This document shows positions 50,108-61,011 of a stretch of DNA of 64,000 nucleotides, one piece after another. Made by a program: the position numbers and the translations under genes. The notes below the pieces were generated by a model that was not told the origin of the DNA, made no database searches, and worked only from the letters and a program-made list of their open reading frames with translations. Source of the DNA: Zygnema circumcarinatum SAG 698-1b (taxonomy: Eukaryota > Plantae > Zygnematophyceae); contig CM074816.1 in assembly GCA_037447605.1 (NCBI GenBank), positions 1 through 64,000 of the forward strand. Direction: 5' to 3'. The number at the start of each line of letters is the position of its first letter. Position 1 is the stretch's first letter.

Positions 50108-51387
50108 GGCCTCCCCCTCCCTTTCTCTTCCCTTCTCGCCCTCTCCCTCTCCCTCTCCCTCGCCCTCCCCCTNNNNNNNNNNCTCTCCCTCTCCCTCTCC
50201 CCTCTCCTTCTCAACCTCTTCTCACCGTTCCTTTCTTCAAACCCTACCAACTAAACTGACAACAAATCTTGTCTCTCCCTCCTTACCAATCCCTCCAAGC
50301 CTCACTGCAACCCCTCCATCCTCTCACCCTTCCTTCCAGCCCGCCCGCCCACAGGCCCACAGCAGCCCGGCCCTCCTCCAGGTGCCGGCCCCTCCCCCCT
50401 GCAAACCCTAAAACTGAACGACGGCCATAACTGCGACATGGAACAACCCTGCATGCCTCCCTTCTTGACACGACCTGGGCTGTCTTGTCACGCCACGTAA
50501 TCGATGGTTCGGAAGTGTCAACTGCCACGTGTCGCGTAGTCCTGGACCGGCTACACAAATTGCATGACACGTGGCAGCACCACAGGCGGCATGCTGCCAC
50601 GTTTCGGGAGACTAGTGGCTGACTGGGAGCATCAAAATTTCGAGGATGCTTCTGAAAGCGTACGGAGCTTTTCCTTTTCTTTTCTTGTTTCAAGTCTGTC
50701 GATCATCTGTGACTGGCTCACCTTGGTCCTACATTTCGTCTTTGTCCATGTGCACTTGATGGACTGCCAGTATGAGGCCAATGCCAATTCATCATTCATT
50801 CAGTTCTAATGGAGACTCGTCCAAATGCGATTCGAATACTACTCGAGTTGCCATTGGAAGCTGAAAGACTATAGTCCGCAATGGGGAAAGGCTCCCAGAG
50901 GCTGTGAGCCTTCCATCAACAACATGAACATCACAAAGGCATCCCTCATTCAGCAAACTTGGAATATTTTCATAACCGAAGAAGAGTTGTTCCACAACGT
51001 CTATAGCTGCTTCTGAGCTATAGACAACCTAGCCTTTAGGGTTGTCAGTTTGCGGTTTCGTGTCTGTAGGGAAGCCCGGTAACTATCCAGACTAATTCTT
51101 GTGGGAAGGGAATTCGTTTCATGTTGGAGGACTTCTGTCAACGCTAACGCAGCCTCCTGCTCGCCTTTTTTCTTATTGAACTTATTGGGTTGCCACATTC
51201 CAGCCTCCATTCTAACTATATACACTGCTCTACGATAAGTTAAGCGGAACTGCATCATGCAACCGCCAGCAGCATGCTTCGATCCTCAGCTCCGACCAAA
51301 AGGGTACACCCTTCCCCTTACCTCCAACCCAAAGGCTACCTAACCCTAACCCTAATCGTAAGCCTAACCGTTAATTGAACCTTAACC

Positions 51388-54300
51388 CTAAAACGAAGCA
51401 AGAATCTCCGGATCCCTTGTAGGGCTCGTGGTCTGGGAGACGCGACGCGAGTGGCGACGTGATGAGCCTTCTAAGATCATTTCAATGGTGCTTCCATCCG
51501 TGGAATTAGCTCCAGAAAGTGGGGGGAGGTAAGGCAGGAGCCCACCGTGCTTTGTGCCTATCAGCTGCACATCATCTCTCCCATTCACACTTTCCCCTAT
51601 CACGTCCTGCACTGACCGCCCTCCTTTCACAGAGCCTTCCTGTACACGGAAACCGTAACAAAGAAAAACACAGTCAGAGCTTGCGTATCCTGACATCCCA
51701 GGCCGTCTCAGTAACATTAACAAGACCAATTCTTGTATGAAGACCCAGTACACGTCTCTAGAGATGATTACATGCTAGTAATAATAATAATTATAATAAT
51801 AATAATAATAATAATAGTAATAGTAATAGTAGTAGTATTATATGTCTGCACGGCACATGCCATGATGCAACGTCTTACCGGGTCCCATGAATTGTTCCGA
51901 TTGGCTTTGAATCGTGCATCATGGTCGAAAAAGAAGACCACAACGGTCATGTCATCGTGGTAGGCTCGCCGTTGTCCTGAGCCCATCCGCAGCAAGTCCT
52001 GATAGTTCACCTCGTGAATCTGCGCTGCACGCTGAAGGGCAGCACGTACCAATTTTCGAGCCACGTCCTGAAAAGAAAAATGAGGAGAACAAAGGGGGGA
52101 GGGGAGATTAAAGGACATTCAGGGTTTCCTTGCCAAGTACACTGAGCAGAAGGGGGTTAGAAGGAGTGCTGTTCACAGGAAAACAAACGAAGGAAAGGAG
52201 AGAGGGGGAAGAGTGAAAGAGAGAGTGAGACCTTCTTTGGCGAAGAGGCCACAATATCGACAGCTTCCTGATTGCTGATCAGCTTAAAGAGGCCATCCGA
52301 AGCAACAATGAGAAACGCATCGTGAGGTGAAAGAAGGCGAACGGCGATGTTGGGCTCCGCAGTCAGAAGTGGAGGTTTGAACGGCTCCGAGACACGGAAC
52401 CGCGCAAATAACGGTTCTCTGTTAAACTCTTCGGCCTTCAGATAGCAGTCTCCAAATGATTTTGTGACCTGCAAACGTTGGAAACAACTTAGCTAGCTGT
52501 GTTGACTGAATTTGAACAAACTTGGAGGGATTCGTGATGGGTTTGAGAGGGTTTCTTTCAATAGGAGGAACACGCACCGGAACCTTCCCCTTCACCAAAA
52601 AGGTGCCATTCACTTCCACCACCGCATCTGCCATATCTGCATGCTCTGCTCGGAAAGCATCCCGAACTGCTGCAACCTGCAAGTCATGGTCCACTGACAG
52701 CTGCAGAGCTCTGCATTCTCTCCCACTCTCCGCTTTCCGAACCTGTTCAACCCATAACCATCCCCAGAACAGGTTCTTCAGCTTCTACAGACACTCCTAT
52801 TTCCTCTCTCTCTCTCTCTTTCTCACCCACCCTGTCCCTCGCCCTCCCCCGCTCTCTCACTCCTGTCTCTCTCTCCTGTTTCTTTTTTTTTTTTTGCTCG
52901 AGACTCACCTGCCCAAGAACGGCTCTGCAGTTCCCAACGTTGGCAACCCAAATTGCATTGGCGGTGATAATGCAGGTGGCTGAGCATGCCCCAACTGTGG
53001 CCAGCTGAGGGGCAGCGGGAAAGGCCTGCCGTACGGAGTGCATATATGAGGTTTCGGTTTTGGAAAAAGCGGCTCGAATAGAGTCTGCGGAGATGCTGCC
53101 GCCCTGCTGCACGAATTGCTCTGCAGATTATGAAGGATGGGGTTGGCTCAGAACAGGCTCAGAAGGTGAGCTGTGGTAAGAACTGCACAACCTCTGAAAA
53201 GCTTTTTTTAGCCTCTAAGCTTGACTTTTAGGGAACGAAGAAAACTGACCCATAAGAACCCAAAACTGCGTTAAGATTCACATGCTCCCCGGGCACATAT
53301 TTCTGCTCTGTTTTTTCTTGTAGTGCTACGTTCTGGTTATGGTCTTGTACGCCTAAAGTCCAAACAGCTAAACTAAGGACACGTGAAGTGGAGATTTCAA
53401 TTTCCTAAAACTCCTTAACATGGGGTCCACTTAGGCGAGGCATTTTCCCGTTCCTGTGTCAAACTATACGATGATTCTTTGTGAACATATCACGACTTCC
53501 ACATATGCTTACACCTTCATCCCATGTTTCCGGTTTTTTCATTGAAGGGAGTGTTCCATGTGAGATGGAAGAGGAGCAGCCTATGAAGAAAGCGTGAGCA
53601 GAGGAGTAGAAGGAAAGAGAGAGGAGAAGAGAATAATAAGAATGCTCCTTAATGAAAGAAAGATTGAGCTTTGAGTGAAGTGTTGAATCCTTTGCTTGTG
53701 CATTCATCGTGAAAGGATCCGAAGGGACTGAGGGGTGAGTTCATCAAGTCTTTGCTGGGAGTGTAAAGAGTGGCAATTCCATCTCACCTTGTCATTCCGT
53801 TTGCTCACACATCATTGCATGGCATCATTCACTTTCCCTCTGTGCAGAAATTGGGGGCGGAGCCCTCTCAGGATTTGAGAGAAGAAAGAAAGGGAAAGCT
53901 TGGAAAGTGCTGGGGGTGCAATTCTCACCCTTCAGGTTTTCGTAAAGATGTTCTTTGAGGAATTCCGCCGTATCCGTTCCGCCATGGCCGTCATGCACTC
54001 CGATGTAGACTCCGCTAGAAGACGACAAAACCTGCAATTCAAACAGACAGTGCGACAAGTAAAAATTGACATTCTCCACAGGATTCAAACGGCTTAGAAC
54101 TATTCGAGTGGCTTCTTTAGCTCAATCAACACATACCTATCATACAAATATCTAACATATCATAATATCTGTAATCTAAGCATGTAAACAATCGCCAAAA
54201 AGGGGAACTGGGAATGGGATGCCTCACCTCCCCGGTATCTTCCATCACATAGTTCGCCTCATACATCGCCAATGAGAAAAACCCGAAGGGAGTTGACTCT

Positions 54301-57300
54301 AACGCTTTGTACCATACATCTCGCCGATGGTAAGCTCCCCTTGTGTACATGTCAGGCCTCCCTGCTCCCTCCCTCTTCCTAAGTCCGTACGCCTTCAAAA
54401 ACCCTAAAATTCCCGTTCTCCTCCGAGCAAACCTCTCTGTGATCTTCCTGTTAGCAAATCGCTGTTCAAAGGCATCTCCGATATCTTCTTCTCCACCATG
54501 GAAAGCAACGTCAAGCCCCACCTGCATTTCCAGGTTTTAAGAGAAAAGCTGACGATTAGGTGGATTTTGGAGTGGAAACTCGGGCATGCCTTTTTCGGAA
54601 AGGAGACTATAAATGAAAGGTAATTGGATATTCATAACAGTTTGAGCTGAAACAATGAGGTCAAGGTAGTGCAACCCACCTCTTCCTCCTGACGCTTCAC
54701 ACGCAAGAGACCGAAGTAGTTGAGGAAGAAAAAGAGAATGAACGTAGTTATGCCAACCCAAAAGTATACCACAAGCAGCCCAATGATCTGCACACCCGCA
54801 CCACAGTACTGGTGATTTTTCAAATGACTCCAATTTGGAACACAACCATCTATATGTTCATAATGGTACACAAAGCGACTTTGTATTGCACTCCGATTTG
54901 TGCATCTTCATATAACATTTCTATCCACATAGAACATCTCTTTTCCTTTCATCTTCACTGTTGCAACCGAATAGATTTGCATCCCACCTGAATGCCCAGC
55001 TGATGGAAACCTCCTCCGTAGAACAGTCCGTATCCTGCCGGTTGATCTATGCTGTATGTGTTCCGAATTCCACGTTTGGTAGCAAAAAAACCAACAGAGA
55101 GGCCCCCCCACGTTCCACAGAAGAGGTGGGTGGGGGCTGCTTGGACCACATCGTCAATCTTCAGCTTCTTCATGCACCACACACCAGCCAAATACCACAA
55201 ACCTGCCCCCACGCCTGCAAGAAACGAAGATGCTTTCCTTGTGTAAGATTCTTCCTCCGTAAACCCCATTCTGCATTTGCCCGGCCAAGATCCGCCTCCC
55301 TCCCTCTCCCACTCCCTCTCCCTCTCCCTCTCGCTCTCCCTCGCCTCTTCCCGTTTGCAGCGTCAAGAAAGTCCAAACTAAAGAGTAGAATCAAAGCGTG
55401 GGAGGATCGAGGGAGGAGAAGGGAAGGACAACAGTGGAGTGACGGCGAAGCATGAGTGCAGGAGGGCAGAAACAGGGAAAATTTGAGGAAAGGAAAGGGA
55501 GAAAGAGAAAGAAAAAGGAACGAAAAAGAGAAGGACGGGAGAGGAGAAAGAAAGGCGGATAATGGTGAGAAGTAGGCCTGAGGGAGGAGCATACCGACAA
55601 TGGCTGCTGCGTAGGGCTGCACAAGGCTGCTTGAAGCGCATGCAGCTACAAGCCCCCCTATAACTGCATTGAAGGTGTCTTCGGGAGTGGGCTCCCCTTG
55701 GCGGTGGGTGAGCACAAAAACAGTGAGACCTGAGAATGCTGCTGATAGGGTAGTGTTCATACACACACGTGCCACCTCGTAGGCCCACACATCAAACTCC
55801 TGATTCAACAGATTCACAGAGCCACCATTGAAGCCGAAGAATCCCACCCACAGGATGATGGTGCCTGCGGCAATGTAGACCTGCAAAGAGGAATGGGCCA
55901 CACTATGGAGGTCAGGTGAGAAGGTCGCTCTTGAATGTGGGTAATGGAATACGAGGCAAGCTGCAGAGGAGAAACCTTGCTTTAGGTAAGGTTTAGATAC
56001 GTGCGACAAACCATAGAGAAATGAGGAAGGTCACACTGTACGGGTCAGAGTGAATGTGAGTTCAGCAACAGGTCAGTCCAGCACATGAGGAGTGACAAAA
56101 ATCACGTTATGTTGTGGAGAGTTTCTAAGGTGTGATAGTTGGAATGTGGCCCATCAACATGAGACGAGAGAGCGAGGGATATAGTGAGAGGGGGAGAAGG
56201 GAGAGATAGAGTGAGAGCGAGAGATACCATGGAGTGGCCCTTCAAAGGCACTGGATTCCCCTCGATGTCGTATCGGCCAATCCGTGGGCCGACCATCCAT
56301 GCCCCGACCAACGAGGTGACGCCACCTGTCACGTGCACTACCATGGAGCCTGCGTTGTCCAGCACTCCATTTGTGTGCAGAATGATGACGTTGCGTGTAG
56401 GGCTAAAGAGGCCGAAGTCCGACCATAGGAGATGGGCAATCACGGGATAAATCAAGGAGCTCAGAAAGAAGCTGAAAAATGCCCCAATCCCACCAAGTTA
56501 CTTAAATTCCTGCACAACTAGAGACTTCATGGAAGTGGCATAAATGCCGTGGATAATGGACAACATCATTTGACAAGTGCAAACAATTGAATGGGAGGAA
56601 AAGAAATCATATTCTGTGGAAGGGTTCAAGGAGCCTCCTTGCATTTTTTTAATAGAAAGAGTAGGCATAAAAAAACCTCAAAAGTGTTATGTGAAGAACT
56701 AGCATCTGGAGAAATCAGCATAGGCCTGTATGCAGCTGGAAAAAGTGCACATTACTTGTAGAAGAGGTAGGCCCATAGGTGAGTCCTCTCAGCCACCGCT
56801 CCCGCGATGATGGTAGTGGACGTTGCTGCGAATGTGAACTGAAAGAACCACTGCACACCGTTCCCTCCGCTTGCGTTGCCAAAGAAGGCGTTCTGGACAC
56901 AAAGGCATCGAGGGGATGAGAGGGGGGAGAGAGGAGGGACAGCATGGGAGAGAAAGGGGGGGGAGTAGAAAGCGTAGGGACGAGAAGAGGACATGACAGA
57001 GACGGGGAGAGACGAGAGGAAAAGAGAGAAAAAGAGGAAAGAGAGAAAGAGAGGACGGAAAGGTAGGAAGTGGCCAAGAGGAAAAAGGGAGGGGAAAAAG
57101 GAGAGGATGAAAACAAGTCTGGAGGATGAGCAAGAAAAGCATCTGATTATGAGAGTTTCGAGAACCGAAGGCTTGGGACTGTTGCCCTTCACATGAGAAG
57201 TCGTGTACAGGAAAGCAGCCGTAGCCACCTCAAAAATAGCCAAAATTAACTTCTGGTAAGGAAAATCGTCCTCTGTACCTTATGATCGTCCTCGTATTTC

Positions 57301-58246
57301 CACCCAAAATACTCGTTCCCGTGCCCAAACCCGATTGCATAGCCAAACATCCAAAAAGCAATAGCACACACGCACGTGTCGAGTACATTCTTGATCATTA
57401 TGTTGCGCGTATTTTTGTAGCGCACAGTCCCTGCTTCGAGAAGAGAAAACCCGAGCTGCATTACACAGAAATCAAATCAAATCAATCAATAAAAGTAAAG
57501 CATTGGAGAAGAATTGCGGAGTCACACCGATGGGAGGATTCAAAGTCACCTCTAGGGACTACGCATACTTTCATGCTAAAACAGGCAGGGTTTGATGAAT
57601 ATTGACTGAAGCACGCAAGTTGTCCTCAAGTTAAACTTGCGAACGGCTGCAGTCAAATGCCTTGGGGAGGGAAATGAGGGCAAAGTTGCAAAACAAGGAT
57701 TAGAGACAGAAAGCGAGAGACAGAGAAGAGTAGGAGAAGAAAGAAGAAGAAAGCATATGTTCCGTACTCTGATCTGAGCGCCTGCAGTCTGATTTAGGGT
57801 AATTGTATAAGAAAAGACGGTCATGGAGAGAGGCCAAGGGGAGACGGGGAAGATAAGGAGAGGATGGAGCATAGAGAAACTGCGACGGTGAGGGAGAAAC
57901 AGACAAGGAGAGGGAGAGGGAGAAGGACAGGGAGTGAGAGCAAGCAGGAGGGATAAAGTGGCAGACAATAGGGAGGGACGGGAATAGGACAGAGAGAGCG
58001 GGAAGGGGGGGGGGGTGAGGGGACAGAGAGAGAAAGTGTAGGAGGGTGATGAAATACCTGCATCAGGAAGACAAATATAGAGGAAGTCAACCTCCATAAG
58101 TGCGCAGAAACCACATTAGACATGTCCAGTTTTTTTTGAAGCTCCTCAGCTTTGATAGTCAGAACGCTCAACGCACTCAGAGTCTCATTCAAAAGCGTCG
58201 AATTCTGCAATAATGTCAAATTCATCGCAGTGTCCGGGAAAGCCAT
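51388..58246 (-). CDS. AMT1-type ammonium transporter fused in frame to a clade-D-like PP2C phosphatase (14 exons, approx. 939 aa)
   Basis: Exons 58246-58058, 57455-57279, 56892-56756, 56471-56228, 55880-55595, 55214-54988, 54787-54680, 54521-54228, 54031-53929, 53120-52909, 52742-52578, 52468-52232, 52067-51879, 51639-51388; all GT-AG, phases consistent, 2820 nt. AMT motifs: [69 protein letters not shown]2C motifs: [30 protein letters not shown]. Confidence 0.88.
51778..51840. repeat. (ATA/GTA)n microsatellite in the last intron of the AMT-PP2C gene
   Basis: Direct reading. Confidence 0.9.
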
Positions 58247-61011
58247 GGCGGAAATTTTCTCCTTCCCTGCGGTGATCTGAAAGCGCTGATACCCTACAAA
58301 CACTCCCTCTTCTTCCTTTTCCAGACGGCTTCTGCACTTAAACGTTGGTTTCCAGAAACGTCTGATTCGCAGCTTGCTTGCCTTTGACAGAATGCGGTGA
58401 TTTACTGAAGCAAGTTTTACGCATGATAACCCTAAAGTCGCAAACAGATGCGACAAGAGCAGGAAATGCGGGAACTCCTCGATCGCATGGGTTGCAGTTT
58501 CGCCGGCTGGCAACTGATAACGTAACAAGCGCCAGCCATGGATCTTCCAAATTCTTTCTTTTGCAGACCTCTACTTCCGTCCCTCCCAAAATTTCCACCA
58601 TGGCTACGCCAATCCCATTTGCTCCTCCAATTTGAAAGCTCCTCCACTCCTTCCCCTTTCAAAGAGCCTCCCTGCTGCCCTCTCCACCCACACTCTCGTC
58701 AGCCGAGGGAAGTCTACAGTCTCTTAAACCCTCACAAGCCCTAAAAACGGCCCAAAGCAAACCCTAAGATTCTTGGAAGCCGTCAAAGTCCTTCAAATTT
58801 TCACCAATCCTGCAACAATTACATTCAGTGTGAAGCCCGCAGGAAGGCGGATCTCACAGAAAGCCTTAAAGACAGGGTTTGGCGCCGCTTCCTGTAGCCA
58901 TGGCGGAGCAATGGGAGTCGTTCCAGCAGGCGCCTTTTTGTCCAAGGCCAACGGCTGAAAGTCCAGAGTCCAGCGCGGGCCTGGAAGCGCCACGTGGCCG
59001 GGAGCCCCTGGGGGGGCGGACGGCGGCCTGTCGCGGCGGCGCCCTTGGAGGACCGTGACGGGCGTCACGTCTATGTGACGTGACGTGACGTGACGCTATG
59101 TTGAGTCTGTGCGCAGTCAGTCGGGTAGTTTTTCAAAAAAAACAAAAATTATGTGTATTGTTGTTTGGAAAAAGCGGGAAGGAAAAATGTTTTGGGCTGC
59201 CCAAGAGTGTTTATAATCACAATAGTAGGCGCTAGTTACCGTTGCGTGGATGGAAACTGGAGGGGCAGGTGATTAGATTTATTTTCCGGGAGAGGAAATT
59301 TTATCGACCGGAATGGAAACTTTACGTGGAATCTGGAAATAGAATTTTGAATTCTGGCGATATTTTGCAGGATTGAATTTTGGAATTGAGAATTTTTTTC
59401 AAACTTGAATCCTAGGAGACATGTCAGTCAGGATACGCCCTCCCTCAGATCCGCTCTGCCCTGGCACCGTCCTATACGAGTTCCACAAAAGTCGGTCATT
59501 ATGATCCACCGACACTCAATGTGTACGGCATAAACAGATAATGCCAAAACTTTTCTGTCTCAATGTCACCTCCGTACATACAACATGTTTGTCTTCTTTA
59601 CAAAATCCAAAGACTATTGATGGTTTCTTGTTGGACGGTCCAGATCTGGAGCCCGAGATTGTCGGCCGAGCGTATTTGGCGCAAGATTCCCGAAGCTTTC
59701 CCGGCCTGCCATTGGCCGGGAGGCGGCATGTGGGTCAGGTGGACAGGATTTTCATCCAATAAGAAGCCGCGGAAAAGGAAGGATTTGGGGGTGAAAATCC
59801 CCAAAAAATCGTACGGTAAAATCATTACCGTACATGCCGCGATTTTGTTCGGATTTATTGCTGCAGCAGTATCGTACGGTACTTTGCGTCAGCATTAGCG
59901 AAGTGACTTCTCCACAACTGCCTTCCAGGCGCAGGGTCGGAGGAGCCCACGCTTGCATGTTCCTAGGAGATTGGTCTCATTGTTCCTAGGTCTCATGGTG
60001 CAAGTATGCACGTTGTGGTCAGTTAGGTTTTGCAACATTGGTATCTTTGGCCTTCATCGATGTCAACGCTTTGAACACGTCTGTTGCCTTTAATTTTAAG
60101 TTCAGTATAAATTTTAATGTGCTGTAGGTTAAGTATACTATTTATAGTATTGCAGTCCTAGCACAAGCCCCCAATTAGTTAACTGTTCCCTTGGGCGTAT
60201 TTTTGTAGTTTCTATAAAAAGTGTGAACAACGAACACTTTGAGGAAACCAGTCGTACTGTGACCTCCCGAAATATATCCACGTTCCACAAATCGCGACAC
60301 AATCCTCAACAGCTGCAATACTCCCACGGTTGATAAAACACACTCATTAGAGCAACTAAGTTAAGACCCATGCTTGCACTGTTGTGATAGTTGAGCTGGT
60401 CATTGACGATAGTGTAATCCTATGACATGAAATGCATTGAAAAACGGTCCTATTTTGAACTCACGATGGCGAGGCCATCAAATGTACATGCATGCATGTG
60501 CATTGCTTCGCCCTAGAACAATTGTTGCCTCTGTGAAAGTTTGAAACCCATGTTTTGCCCTATGTTCGAGGACCCCCTCCTAGAGCACCCACCAATCCCT
60601 TTCACTCCCCAAGTTCACTTGCCGGTTCCTCTGGTCGGCATCCGCGTCCACGTGGCGCTGTGTTAGTGGCCTGCAGGGCACCCACCTTCCAATCCGGAGG
60701 CGACACGTGGCAACCGCCAAGCGGCTGCGCCAGAGTTGAAGTGGACCTTTTCAAATCGTCGTACATTTGAAAGCGGCTGGTCAAGATCGGTCGCGTATGG
60801 TCTAGGCGACGCGCAATGGTTCAGCGACACGTGTTGGTGACCGACAAACGCGAACGCTAGCATGGGGGCACCGACATCAACCGACAATTGGAACCGACAT
60901 CTGGCCGACATTTTTTGAAACTCCCTTGCAAGGGTTCAAATTTGGGAAGGCTGACGCCGCCTTCAGGAGGCAGGGGGGAGGGCCTGCAAGAGGGGAGCAA
61001 GCGGAGGAGCC

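Noticed and set aside
54126-54350. Treating PP2C as a separate gene starting at ATG 54350
   Set aside because: That ATG lies inside the same stop-free exon as the AMT HGG motif, only about 170 nt downstream of the exon start, with no room for a terminator or promoter. The fusion is more parsimonious, though an internal start is possible.
58247-58528. 94-codon in-frame extension upstream of the AMT ATG
   Set aside because: It starts at TTG and has no in-frame ATG or recognisable motif. The ATG at 58246 has a good context (GCCATGG) and a normal AMT1 N-terminus. Cannot be fully excluded without cDNA.
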